Assembly (NCBI GenBank): GCA_009859145.1
Contig: VRVR01000036.1
Coordinates: forward strand, 200,956-264,955
DNA: 64,000 nucleotides
Source: Andalucia godoyi And28
Lineage: Eukaryota > Protista > Jakobida
Direction of reading: 5' to 3'
Shown here: in pieces, positions 1 through 10,414 of the stretch
Layout: each line of letters starts with the position of its first letter
How positions within the stretch are numbered: the first letter of the stretch is position 1
The notes under the pieces: model-generated
Told to the model about the DNA's origin: nothing
Database searches by the model: none
What the model saw: the letters and a program-made list of their open reading frames with translations, nothing else
Program-made: the position numbers and the translations under genes

Positions 1-2
1 CA

Positions 3-3000
3 GCGCTCACTGGGTGTGTTCCGTGCCCGTCTAATTCCTACTACAATGCATCGACGAACGGCCGGTGTGCGTACTGCCCTCCCGGGTCCGGACCGACTGC
101 TGGTCAGAGTGGGTGCGGTAGCTGCCCGACGAACAGGTATTCGAATGCCAGCAGCTTGTTTGTCTGCACGTTGTGTCCTGCAATGCATCAGCCGAATTCT
201 GGCCTGACGGGATGCACGTCGTGCCTCGGGAATACATATTGGAATGCATCGACGAGTGGCCTGTGTGCGTATTGCCCTTCTGGATTTGAGCCGAACAGTC
301 TCAGCAGCGGATGCACACCATGCCCCTTCAACAAATTCTCCAATGGATCGGGAACTGGTTATGTTTGCACGCACTGTTCCAGTTTGCAGCAGCCCAATGG
401 TGCACTGTCTGGCTGTGTGCAGTGTCCGGCAAATGCATACTGGAATGCATCAACCAGCTATGTGTGTGCCACTTGTCCTTCTGGACAGGAACCTGCTGCA
501 GGTCGAGGCGCGTGTGTCAATTGCCCCCCGGGCTCCTATTCAAATTCCTCAACGGGTTTTGTTTGTTCAGCATGTCCTGTAGGATATGGAGTTTCTAGCA
601 ATCGGTCAACGTGTTCTCGGTGCAGCGTCAATATGTACACAAATGCCTCGGTTGGATTTGAGTGTTCGCTATGTCCGCGTTTGGAAGAACCGAATACGAA
701 CCATTCTGGCTGTGTAGCTTGTCCAGCTGGCACTGTTTGGAATACCTCGACGAATGGAATGTGCATTTTCTGTCCTGCCGGATCAGAACCGGACGCCTCT
801 CGCACTTCGTGCATTAGCTGCCTACGGAACCAGTACTCCAATGTTAGCACTATGCACACCTGTACCTATTGTCCTGAGGATCACGAACCCACTGGGTCGC
901 TGACCGAGTGTGTTGCGTGCTCCAGTTATACGTTCTATAATTCTTCTACGGATTTCATGTGCAGGAACTGTCCTGCCGGAGAAGGTCCTACGTCGTCTCG
1001 AAATGCTTGCATGCAGTGTACCGTCGGTATGTACTCCAATGCCTCAACGCTATTTACGTGCAAGAGTTGTGATCCAGGAACGCAACCAGGCGTGGACCGT
1101 GCATTCTGCGAATCGTGTTCCGTGAATGAGTATTCAAACGGTTCGACGGGGTTCGTATGTCAGCATTGTCCACCTGGATGGCAGTCAGACGCCGTGCTGC
1201 AATCATGTGAACGATGTTTGATGCAAGAATTCTCCAACTCTTCTACCGGGTTTTTGTGCCAGCCGTGCCCTTCCGGACAGGTTCCATCTCCCTCTGGTGC
1301 GAAATGTGTATTTTGTCCCGTTAACCAGTTTACGAACGCTTCCACCAATTTTCTGTGCACAGTTTGTCCAGACGGCTACGAGCCATCGAACGGTCAGCAC
1401 AGGTGCACTGCATGCGATCTCAACAAATATTCGAATTCAGCTTCAGACTTTTTGTGCTCGACATGTGCTTCTGGGTATGAACCGACGGCGGCGCAGTCGA
1501 ATTGCACGCAGTGTGCACCGAACATGTTTTCGGATTCGTCGACTAACTATACGTGCAGGACTTGTTCTTTGGGGAGCGAGCCATCCGCAAACCGAAGTTC
1601 CTGTTCCTCTTGTTCTGCGGGGATGTATTCGAATTCTTCGACTGGTTTTATGTGCAAATTTTGCCTTCCGGGAACCATGAGCGTTAGTCGAGGATCCGCG
1701 TGCGAAACTTGCGACCAGAATGCGTATTCAAATGCTTCCACGGGGTTCACATGCGTCTCATGTCCACCGGGGCATATGGCAAACCAGGGGAAGACGGGAT
1801 GTGAAATATGCGGCCCGGGTCACTTTTCGAATGCATCGACGGGATTCATGTGCCAAATGTGCGGTCCAGGCATGGAGCCATCCATGTATAGAGATCGTTG
1901 CAATCGATGCCCGACGGGGTATCATTCGTCGAACTTTTCGAATTTCCAGTGTATGGAGTGTCCTCCGGGTTTTGAGCCGTCCCCAAGTGCGGAGAACTGT
2001 ACTGTTTGTCCGCCGAGGTCGATCTCAAACCGTTCTACGAATCACACGTGTTTGGCGTGCCCGTATCCGACCACCACTACTCAGCACGGATCCAGTTCCT
2101 GCGATGCTTGTGAGGTGTCCTTCTATGGCACCTCATGCTCTCTTTTTTGCGAGGCGTATTCCAATTGCAGCGGGCGTGGCAATTGCTCGTTCTCGGCGGA
2201 GTTGCAGACGGTGGCATGCGAATGCCTATCCGGCTGGAAAGGCGCTGATTGCTCGCAGCGAATTGTAGTCCCCCCTTCTTCGGTAGTTCCTCCTGTGCCG
2301 GGCATCGACAATACCGTTGGCTCCGATGCGGGTCAGGCAGCAGTGTCGGCGTCCGTTGCAGCTGCTGGGGCTTCAGGAGCATCGATGCTGCAGTTATTTG
2401 ATGCGTTGCAAACGGTGATCCGAATGGGATGCATGAAGGTCGAATTTCCAATTTGGTACATTTATTTTGTGCAGGGACTGTCTTTGCCTATGATGAATTT
2501 TCGTTTGGAGTTCCTGATGGCTCCGTTGGAGTCTGCAAGAGTCATTCAGCCTCCTGATGACGGCGATGTGGACCTTTATAACGATTCCAATATGCGAATC
2601 TATTACATGGAGGGAATGGGAGTGTACTCCGCAATATTTATCACGACTTTCGTCAACGTATGCTTTCTTCTGATGGTGTTGGCTTCTGTCCATGCCACTG
2701 CGCTGACGCTATTCTCTGCAGTATTTTACGGGCGCCTTCGCTGGCTGTCCAGGGGCTCGAGTCTTGTTCAAGTCTCTGAGAGCCCGCGTCTTGCACACAA
2801 ATTTTGGCTTTTCTTCCGTGGTGTTTATTTCGACATGTTCTACGCATTCAGTTACAGCATATTCTGTGCTTGTCTGGTGCAGCTTTTCGGATTCTCCGGC
2901 GTGCGACCTGTTTGGGAATCGGCGATGGCGGTGGTGGTGCTTCTATTCTATATCTTCCTTTCAATTTACTGGGTCGTGCCAATGACGCGAGAAACTATTC

Positions 3001-5399
3001 ATGAAGGAGAGGACACGTCGCTTTGGCACAAAATGGATTTTGGGGTCCACGAATTCCACCCAGAATACTGGTGGGCACATCCAGCAACGCTTGGCATATT
3101 TTTTTTTGATGCTTTGCTGGTTTCCGCTGGTGCGTGCTTCCCCGAGTACGTTTCATTTGACTTTCAATTGACTGCGATACTTACTGCTTCTATGCTGCGT
3201 TCCGTTTTCCTGCTCTCTTACTTCCCATGCCATGAGGTGACTGCAAATATCAAGCATGTGCTTGTCTCTGTCTCGGATTCCTTTTTGCTTCTTTTAATTT
3301 ATTCCATGCAGGGTCGGTCGCGCGATTCTGCTTGGAACGGGAGTTGCGCGTTCATTATTGGTTTGGTACAGATGATTGTGGTAATTATCACCTTTGTGTT
3401 TTCCATTATAGAAATGCTCATTGCCGCCGCTGCTTTTGCCAGCTACTTGAAACAGATACTCGTTACCGTTGTCGTTCGTCGCATTACGATGGCCAGAGCG
3501 CGCAAAGCCGAACGAGCAGCCGCAATTCGCGCCAAGATGATGGAAAGAGACCTGGGCACGAGTCACCTTGGGGAGTACGAATCTGAAACGTTCTTTGCTG
3601 AGGGCTGTCTCGAGAATTTCGATAATGCGTCGGGGACGAATTCCAAGATGTGCAGTACGGATGGTTCGGTGTGCCAGGGGGAGCTGGACAGCTCCATGGC
3701 TCTTGGATCACAACCAGTATGCTACGACTCTGGTTCGAAGGTGCCCAAATTCTCGTCATCCCATCCGGATATTCTCGAAAATACGTCCTCTTACCCAAGA
3801 AGAAAGCAATCTGCAGGTGCGTTTGCCACACAGGATCAGTGGCAGATTATTGCAAGTGACACAGAGTCGACCTTGACGGCGTCTTCCCAGACACACAGCA
3901 GCGACGGTGCAGATGGCGAGTCATCCGTCATCACCTCCGAGTCCAAGAATGCCGAGTGCTTGATGGAGACTGATTCAGATCCAGGTTCGCATTCCGATTC
4001 CGATTCCAGTTCTGACGTGAATGGTGGACGCGATAGTAACGGTGATCATGATGACAATGATTTTGTTGTTTTGGATGCCTCGGACTGGTTGTCTGCAGCA
4101 GAAGCCAACTTGAAGACTTCAACGTTGTTGTCGGGCACGTCACCCATTCTTCCGTCTGCAGGTGAAGAACATTGTTTTGTACCGTCATTCCTGTCGAAGA
4201 CTGCAAAGCACATGCGGAAATCTTCTGGGACCCTGCTTCCAGGCAGCGGGGCTTCTGGAAATGGCGCTCAGACGAGTGTCAGCAGCCAAGACAGTTCGGA
4301 TCAGCGACGAGTCCGATTCGTCCGTGATGCGGAGCATCCAGCTATCGCTCTGGGTCTAACGCGAAATCCAGTCGCTGATCTATCACCGTCCATTCCAAGC
4401 ACTGGAAGCCCTCTACGCTCAACGGGTGCTTCTACCAAGACCTCCGCCATGGATGCTGGACAAGAAAAGGACTTGTTCGTGCAGAGGACGAGCGCATCCG
4501 TACCAATGTCATCGTCTTTGTCGTCCGCATCCGTGAATCCATTGCGTGAAGCCAGCAAAGGTTTTGTTGAGACTGTGACTTCGAATGCTTTACCATTCTT
4601 GTCGGTTCCAAAGCCGTATTCGTCGGTTTCATCAGCTTCGATGTTTCATGCCGTTCAGTCGGCGCAGTCAGCGGCTTCCACGTCTGAAGTGCCAACTTGG
4701 GAATCCGTGCACGCTGCGCATTCCGATGCGACCACGGAGAAAAAGAAGGTCCAGAGCAACAGCAACAGCGAGAGCGATGATAGGAACATCAGCAAGAATA
4801 AGAAGAATAAGAAGAATAAGAAGACCAGCAGCAGCACGGAAAAGGAGACAACAAGAGCGAAGGCCTGTCTGAACAAAGAGATGGCACTGGCAGACATGAA
4901 AGCAACGATTGCGCAACAGCCACGGGAAGCAGCAGATCCAGCTAATGCAATCAATCCGTTGACGCATGCGGCGATGCTGTTTCCGCAGTCCTCTCCGTTG
5001 TCTTTGAAGCCGCAGACAAGTCTTCCTCCGTTGCTTGGCATACCTGTGGTGCCACGCTCTTTACCAACAGCTGTGACATCGCTGAGGACCCAGTTTTTGG
5101 CCAGTGACTCTGCCGTCGTGCGGGTTCGACCGCAAGTCAGTCCCGTGACGATGGCTTCTCCTGCTTCTGCATCCTTCCTATCCGCCCTAGAATTATCCAA
5201 CATTCAGTCGTTCCACTCTCCCGATGCCAGCATTCCTTCGTTCGACGCTGGTCCATTCGATGCTGGTCCGTCGTCTGCGAAGGCCGACCGGCTTGCACTC
5301 GAGTTGGACAGGAGCAAGTCTGAAAAGAAGCCTGCGAAATCCAAATCCGTTGCAAAGTCACCTTCCAAGAACAAGTCCGCCAGCAAGAGGTCCCCATAG
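3..5399 (+). CDS. 5'-truncated large Cys-rich repeat membrane protein: about 20 repeats of 33 aa, an EGF-like domain, a 7-8 TM domain (TRP/flavin-carrier PF06011-like) and a Ser-rich disordered tail
   Basis: The frame is open from position 3 (ALTGCVPCPSNSYYNAST...); the track's 'start' at 156 is an internal TTG. Repeat consensus is CPxGxxPxxxxxxCxxCxxxxYSNxSTxFxCxx. It is followed by the EGF-like CSGRGNC...CECLSGWKGADCS and then hydrophobic segments beginning LFDALQTVIRMGCMKVEFPIWYIYFVQGL. Ends at TAG 5397-5399. Confidence 0.85.
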   Translation, partial: ALTGCVPCPSNSYYNASTNGRCAYCPPGSGPTAGQSGCGSCPTNRYSNASSLFVCTLCPAMHQPNSGLTGCTSCLGNTYWNASTSGLCAYCPSGFEPNSLSSGCTPCPFNKFSNGSGTGYVCTHCSSLQQPNGALSGCVQCPANAYWNASTSYVCATCPSGQEPAAGRGACVNCPPGSYSNSSTGFVCSACPVGYGVSSNRSTCSRCSVNMYTNASVGFECSLCPRLEEPNTNHSGCVACPAGTVWNTSTNGMCIFCPAGSEPDASRTSCISCLRNQYSNVSTMHTCTYCPEDHEPTGSLTECVACSSYTFYNSSTDFMCRNCPAGEGPTSSRNACMQCTVGMYSNASTLFTCKSCDPGTQPGVDRAFCESCSVNEYSNGSTGFVCQHCPPGWQSDAVLQSCERCLMQEFSNSSTGFLCQPCPSGQVPSPSGAKCVFCPVNQFTNASTNFLCTVCPDGYEPSNGQHRCTACDLNKYSNSASDFLCSTCASGYEPTAAQSNCTQCAPNMFSDSSTNYTCRTCSLGSEPSANRSSCSSCSAGMYSNSSTGFMCKFCLPGTMSVSRGSACETCDQNAYSNASTGFTCVSCPPGHMANQGKTGCEICGPGHFSNASTGFMCQMCGPGMEPSMYRDRCNRCPTGYHSSNFSNFQCMECPPGFEPSPSAENCTVCPPRSISNRSTNHTCLACPYPTTTTQHGSSSCDACEVSFYGTSCSLFCEAYSNCSGRGNCSFSAELQTVACECLSGWKGADCSQRIVVPPSSVVPPVPGIDNTVGSDAGQAAVSASVAAAGASGASMLQLFDALQTVIRMGCMKVEFPIWYIYFVQGLSLPMMNFRLEFLMAPLESARVIQPPDDGDVDLYNDSNMRIYYMEGMGVYSAIFITTFVNVCFLLMVLASVHATALTLFSAVFYGRLRWLSRGSSLVQVSESPRLAHKFWLFFRGVYFDMFYAFSYSIFCACLVQLFGFSGVRPVWESAMAVVVLLFYIFLSIYWVVPMTRETIHEGEDTSLWHKMDFGVHEFHPEYWWAHPATLGIFFFDALLVSAGACFPEYVSFDFQLTAILTASMLRSVFLLSYFPCHEVTANIKHVLVSVSDSFLLLLIYSMQGRSRDSAWNGSCAFIIGLVQMIVVIITFVFSIIEMLIAAAAFASYLKQILVTVVVRRITMARARKAERAAAIRAKMMERDLGTSHLGEYESETFFAEGCLENFDNASGTNSKMCSTDGSVCQGELDSSMALGSQPVCYDSGSKVPKFSSSHPDILENTSSYPRRKQSAGAFATQDQWQIIASDTESTLTASSQTHSSDGADGESSVITSESKNAECLMETDSDPGSHSDSDSSSDVNGGRDSNGDHDDNDFVVLDASDWLSAAEANLKTSTLLSGTSPILPSAGEEHCFVPSFLSKTAKHMRKSSGTLLPGSGASGNGAQTSVSSQDSSDQRRVRFVRDAEHPAIALGLTRNPVADLSPSIPSTGSPLRSTGASTKTSAMDAGQEKDLFVQRTSASVPMSSSLSSASVNPLREASKGFVETVTSNALPFLSVPKPYSSVSSASMFHAVQSAQSAASTSEVPTWESVHAAHSDATTEKKKVQSNSNSESDDRNISKNKKNKKNKKTSSSTEKETTRAKACLNKEMALADMKATIAQQPREAADPANAINPLTHAAMLFPQSSPLSLKPQTSLPPLLGIPVVPRSLPTAVTSLRTQFLASDSAVVRVRPQVSPVTMASPASASFLSALELSNIQSFHSPDASIPSFDAGPFDAGPSSAKADRLALELDRSKSEKKPAKSKSVAKSPSKNKSASKRSP

Positions 5400-5464
5400 A
5401 GCAGGTATATAAAACAACATGTTTACTCCAGATTTCAGTGCCTCGCAAACATACCGCTTGGCGG

Positions 5465-6583
5465 TTAGATACCTTCGCCGTCTTCGAGCACTGAACCGTC
5501 ATATACATCTCCCGGCATTTCGCATTCTGCAAGCTGCCTCTTCCACCTTGCGACTTCGAAATCTGGCACCACATCCAAGCTAGCCTGCTTGTCCAGCGCC
5601 ATGCAAACTGCCGATCGCAACTGCTTCACCTGTTCAAAAAGCATTTCCAGCGCCGCTCCATCGACATCCGGCATATCCTCTCGGCCCACTCGCAACCTCT
5701 TCCTTCTCACCGATGCTGCTGCTGTCGTTGTCGATGATGATGACGATGAGGACAATGTCGTAGTAAAGGATTCTGCTAGGCCATCCGTCGATCTGGGTAG
5801 CACTTCACGTTGCGAGTTCTCCGCAGCGACAGTCTTGCCAGTGCTCTGCTCACGACGAGGACGGTAACGAAGGTGCCCATCGACGTTGTCGTCATCATCT
5901 GCATCTGCATCTGCACCTGCACCTGCATCTGCACCTGCACTTGCACCTCCACGCCCTTGCTGGTGCATGCCTCGCCCACTGGGCCTTACGGGAGTCGATG
6001 AGGAAAAGTCTGTCGAGGTTGGAGACGATGTCCGAGACTGGTCGTCGATGGATGGAGGACTCGCTGACTTGACGAGGATTTTCCCTGGCACACCAACGAC
6101 GGTGCATCCATTCGGGACATCCTTGACGACGACCGACTGCGCACCGACGCGCACATTATCTCCGAGCGTGATGGACCCAAGTACCTTTGCACCGGCGCCA
6201 ACCAAAACTGAATTGCCAAGAGTTGGGTGTCTCTTGCCTTTTTGCTTTCCAGTCCCACCAAGCGTGACGCCCTGGAACAAAATGCAGTTCGTGCCAACTA
6301 CTGCCGTCTCTCCAATCACAACTCCGATTCCATGATCCAGAAACAGTCCCGACCCAAGCTTCGCCGCCGGGTGAATATCAATCGCAGTCAACACTCGCGC
6401 AGCCGTTGAGATCACGCGCGGCAACAAAGGAACCCGATGTACATGCAGAAAATGCGCCACCCGATAGCACGCAAGCGCCCATAGTCCCGGATAGCAAACC
6501 AATGCCTCGATTGATGAGTGACACGCAGGATCATTCACTCGGATCGCTTCATAATCCCTCCACAATTCAAACAAAAACGACAT
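5465..6583 (-). CDS. cysE: Serine O-acetyltransferase (CysE), bacterial type, with a low-complexity insertion
   Basis: DPACHSSIEALVCYPGLWAL...IDIHPAAKLG...DHGIGVVIGETA...QGVTLGGTGKQKGKRHPTLG...VGAGAKVLG are SATase N-terminal and hexapeptide-repeat motifs. ATG at 6583, TAA at 5465. Confidence 0.95.
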   Translation of the reverse strand: MSFLFELWRDYEAIRVNDPACHSSIEALVCYPGLWALACYRVAHFLHVHRVPLLPRVISTAARVLTAIDIHPAAKLGSGLFLDHGIGVVIGETAVVGTNCILFQGVTLGGTGKQKGKRHPTLGNSVLVGAGAKVLGSITLGDNVRVGAQSVVVKDVPNGCTVVGVPGKILVKSASPPSIDDQSRTSSPTSTDFSSSTPVRPSGRGMHQQGRGGASAGADAGAGADADADDDDNVDGHLRYRPRREQSTGKTVAAENSQREVLPRSTDGLAESFTTTLSSSSSSSTTTAAASVRRKRLRVGREDMPDVDGAALEMLFEQVKQLRSAVCMALDKQASLDVVPDFEVARWKRQLAECEMPGDVYDGSVLEDGEGI

Positions 6584-6763
6584 TCCACCACAACCACTTA
6601 AGAATCAATAAATAGTATTATTAAAAAAATCTCCTCCAAAACACAGCAACAATTGAATAATAATGATAAATACGAATGCAGCTCTCGATGATTCTTCACG
6701 CATATTACATCAACAGAGAATAATCATTCACGTGTTTGTTCCAGAGAAACGAGGTTCACTTCG

Positions 6764-6804
6764 ACTACAGTTCCAACTACAGTTCCAACTACAGTTCCAA
6801 CTAC
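6764..6804. repeat. 12-bp tandem repeat (ACTACAGTTCCA) x about 3.4
   Basis: Directly visible in the intergenic spacer. Confidence 0.85.
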
Positions 6805-7400
6805 GATTTCCCTGCGTCAAGGGAAAAAGTACTGTAGTTGCTTCTTTCAACGACCGGTGTAGCATCAAAGGTCCAAAGCTGAAAAGGGAAGGCAGCGGGG
6901 TTTCCAGCATCAATTCACCGCTATCTACACAAAAAACCCAAAAAGGGCCGTCTTTGCTTTCTCCAAAGGCCTTGAACCAGCTGACGACAATAATAATATC
7001 ATTGCGTTTTTTGATCTGATCAAAAAAGACGTGTCTCGCTCTGTCTCTCTCTTTCTCTCTCTCTCTCTCTGTCTCTCTCTTTCCTATCGATTCAATTAAT
7101 CTCCTGCTTTTCGCCTTTTCTCTTTTCCTTTTCCTTTTCCTTTTCTTCTACTTTTTCCTTTTTGTTTTATTGTTTTATGTTTTATGCTTTATATTTCATT
7201 ATTTAATAGTCTCTTTATTCGAGGTTTTTCCACCCTTTCCTTTTTCTCTCTCTCCCACGGTGTTTACGTTTTGGAAATATTGAAAGATTGATTAAAGATT
7301 GGAGAGACGGGAAAACGTAGACTGGAAAAAGTAGATTGAAAAAGAAGAAGAACAAAGGAAACTCGAGGGAGAAGGGAAAAAAATAATAAGGAACGTTCTG

Positions 7401-9332
7401 ATGTCTTTGTCGCCTCCTTCTTCGCCTGCGAATTCGTCGCCACCGCCACCACCTCCGCCGATGGAAACGGTGCAGAACGAGAGTCTTTCTCCTTCAGCGC
7501 CGTATTCGCCGACAATGTACACGTCCCCGGGGGCGTTTTCGTCTTCATCGTCTGCGAGCGCTTTACAACAGCAGCAGCGGCACGTGTCGGGAGTGTCGTA
7601 CGATGATGCGCAGAATGTGGACGATTCGGACGCAGTGTTTGATGATGCGACGTCGCTTGTTCATGATTATGACGGGGGTCAGCACCACCTGGATGGGCGA
7701 GGGTCGTCGCTGTTCTCGGATAGTGGAAGTGGGAATGGCAGAGAGGACGGGTCTGGGTCGAGCTCGTCCATTTCGTCGTCGGCTTCCACGCTTTCGCTTC
7801 GTGCCTCGCTGGATAATCTCAGACTTGCGTCTTCTATGAACTCGTCGGCGGCGACGTCCACAACAGACAAGAATGGAAACAAGCAGAAAGGAACTTCGCG
7901 CATCATGTTCCGAAGCGGCGGCTTCTCGCTGAAGCGGAATAAGAGCAAGCAGCAGTCGCAGTTGCAGTCCCAACGTCATGATGGGGCTGAAGCAACAGAC
8001 GATGTCGAAATGACGGATGGACATCACGGCCACGGCGGTGGAGGAGACGGAGACCACCATATTCCGGACGATGCACCAGATCGGTGGAAGGGATACTCGT
8101 TGGGAACAGCGCCAAAATCCGTGATTTGGGGCGCAATCGTGAATCTTGCAAACTGCATTGCGACTGCAGGATTGTGTGGAATCCCTTATGCGCTTGCGCA
8201 TTCTGGCGGTGTCCTCTTTGGGCCGCTGTTTGCCATCCTGTTTGTGATCGTGTCGGATATTTCGCTGCGGTCGTTGGTGGAAGCCGGTGTGCACTTCAAT
8301 GCACTGTCGTACGGTTCCGTGTGCAAACGAGCTCTGGGAAAGAATTGGGAACTTGTCCAGCGGATCTCTGTTCTCTTGTTTGCGATTGGAACAATGGCAA
8401 ATTACTTGATTATTGTGCGAGATACAATCCCGGACACGATTGACTATCCTGTCAGAATTCTTATTCTTCTCGTGATTACCGTTACGATTGTGTTGCCGTT
8501 GTGCTCTTGCAGATCGCTGGAAGCATTGTCGAAGACGTCGCTTCTTGCCCTCATGGTCGCCGGGGCTGTAGTCTGTGCGCTTTTCGTGCACTTGTTGACG
8601 GGAGATCCGCCTGCGAAGGGCCTGGACGATGTTTCGAATCCTCCGACGCACGAGCTCAGCATTGCTGCAATGGGCGCGGTGGCGTTTGCGTACGTTGCGC
8701 ACCATACGAGCTTCCATTTGTTTGGACCAATTTACACAAACACGCCGTACAGAAACCAGCACTATGCGATGAAGGGGTGGTCGATCACTTCGCATCTTGG
8801 ATTGTCGTGGTGCACCCTTCTCTTTCTTCTCGAATCGGTGTTTGCAATTCTGCTCTTTGGACGGGATGATATCAAGGACAATATTTTGCTCCACGGCGAA
8901 GTGTTTTCGCTTCCGTTCCGGATCATCATCGTCATTCCCATGTTGCTTACGTTCCCTGTCGAGGGGATTGTTGCGCGCGACACGATCCATTCCATGATTA
9001 TGAACCCGTTGCTCAAGAAGCGATCGTCGGGAAAGGCTCGTGCATTTGTCGGGTTTGTGCAGAACCACGCTCTTCTGGTTCGTGTGCTGGAAGCCTCCGG
9101 AATGATCTTTATTGTGTTTTGCATTGCGGTTGCCGTGCAGAAACTTGCGCTGATACAAAATATTACAGGAGGAGTTGCAGCATCCATGCTTGGGTTTATT
9201 CTCCCTGGAATGTGCGTGTACAAGATGGGTGATCGCAAGATCAAGGGCATTGCAATTGCTGCTTTTGGATGGATTATCTTGACATGTGCGCTTCTCGGAG
9301 AAGCCCTGAATCTGATCAACGGCCACGAGTAA
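7401..9332 (+). CDS. Amino acid transporter, Aa_trans/SLC38 (AAAP) family, with a long disordered N-terminus
   Basis: WGAIVNLANCIATAGLCGIPYALAHSG, FAYVAHHTSF, about 11 hydrophobic segments, GGVAASMLGFILPG. Confidence 0.9.
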   Translation: MSLSPPSSPANSSPPPPPPPMETVQNESLSPSAPYSPTMYTSPGAFSSSSSASALQQQQRHVSGVSYDDAQNVDDSDAVFDDATSLVHDYDGGQHHLDGRGSSLFSDSGSGNGREDGSGSSSSISSSASTLSLRASLDNLRLASSMNSSAATSTTDKNGNKQKGTSRIMFRSGGFSLKRNKSKQQSQLQSQRHDGAEATDDVEMTDGHHGHGGGGDGDHHIPDDAPDRWKGYSLGTAPKSVIWGAIVNLANCIATAGLCGIPYALAHSGGVLFGPLFAILFVIVSDISLRSLVEAGVHFNALSYGSVCKRALGKNWELVQRISVLLFAIGTMANYLIIVRDTIPDTIDYPVRILILLVITVTIVLPLCSCRSLEALSKTSLLALMVAGAVVCALFVHLLTGDPPAKGLDDVSNPPTHELSIAAMGAVAFAYVAHHTSFHLFGPIYTNTPYRNQHYAMKGWSITSHLGLSWCTLLFLLESVFAILLFGRDDIKDNILLHGEVFSLPFRIIIVIPMLLTFPVEGIVARDTIHSMIMNPLLKKRSSGKARAFVGFVQNHALLVRVLEASGMIFIVFCIAVAVQKLALIQNITGGVAASMLGFILPGMCVYKMGDRKIKGIAIAAFGWIILTCALLGEALNLINGHE

Positions 9333-9466
9333 CTGTCCTTTCCTTTCTTCCGAGAGTATTGTTGTTGCTATGGGTGTCGGTATTAGTGTCGGTGTCCGTG
9401 CTACCGTTGTTTAATTGATTTCCCACCTGCACGTGCGAGCATGAGTGTGGATTCTGATTCTCTCCC

Positions 9467-9468
<2 letters not shown>

Positions 9469-9500
<32 letters not shown>
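9469..9500. repeat. (CT)n microsatellite
   Basis: Directly visible. Confidence 0.95.
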
Positions 9501-9504
<4 letters not shown>

Positions 9505-10414
9505 CGCTTTCTTCTTTCTTTCTTTAATAGACTATTTCATTTGTCTTGTCGCATTGCAGCTTTCCTGCCAGTCGTGTTCACAGTTCATCATGTATGAAGG
9601 GTTAATTTGGAGTCGTGTTGGATTGATTGAATCCAACGTTCCCTTTTTCCACAAGAGTGAAAAGCTCATCTTTTATTATATATTTTTTAATATTTTTTTA
9701 AATTAAATAATTAAAAAGTATTTATCTACACCTTGCAATGCACTCGGCCGTCCGGATGCTGCTGCGAATCGGTGTTTACATTTGCATTTGCAGCGTTGTT
9801 GGAATGGCAAAAGCCGAATGCCTGAAGCCCAGTTCCCCCCTTGTCAAGGTGTGTACTGTAGCTCGTTGTATCTGGAGATAAACAGAAATCCACGACTTTT
9901 TGCGTTGTACGAGTACACTGCAAGATTCAACCACTTCGGAGCACGGGGTGGCGGTCGGAGCCCGGGACGTCCGTTTCCTTTTCCGCTCGATCGCAGAGAA
10001 GCGGCACGTTTCGCCTTTTTCCATTAACGGAAGGCGGCTCAGACACATCTGCTGCGTCACCTGCCTTCTCCGGTCGTTTCTCCGGTACAAGCATGCGAGC
10101 AGACATGATGGACGCATTTTGACACGCCCGAGAAAGTCGACGGACAGTGGAACTCGGGGAACCTCCAAGGAAAAAAAAATGAAAGACAGGGACGCTAAAG
10201 GGAAGCGGGAAATCAAAATAACATAAAGTACACTTGCAAAAAACCATCAGTAAAACCGAAATTTCAGAAACCCCCAACATCCTGTACCGCCATTCCGCTG
10301 CATGCGACGCCGACGAGAACAACACGATCTTTAAAAAATCAAGTGTGCACAAACGAGCACTTTGCTGAAGAAACTGGGCGCGCTGCTTTATACGCATATT
10401 TTCGAACCGGCATC

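Noticed and set aside
6764-6804. Short direct repeats considered as a CRISPR-like array
   Set aside because: The 12-bp units are contiguous with no spacers; this is a simple minisatellite in eukaryotic DNA.
7563-9326. 587-aa antisense ORF over the SLC38 gene; similar shadows occur at 60565-61776 over MAT, 32293-33264 over DAK and 11924-12508 over the ZNF598 fusion
   Set aside because: These are antisense shadows of well-supported genes with no recognisable domains, expected from codon bias in GC-rich CDS.
9617-9637. 8-bp hairpin GTTGGATT/AATCCAAC
   Set aside because: It is isolated in a 3' UTR-like region with no supporting context and is plausible by chance.
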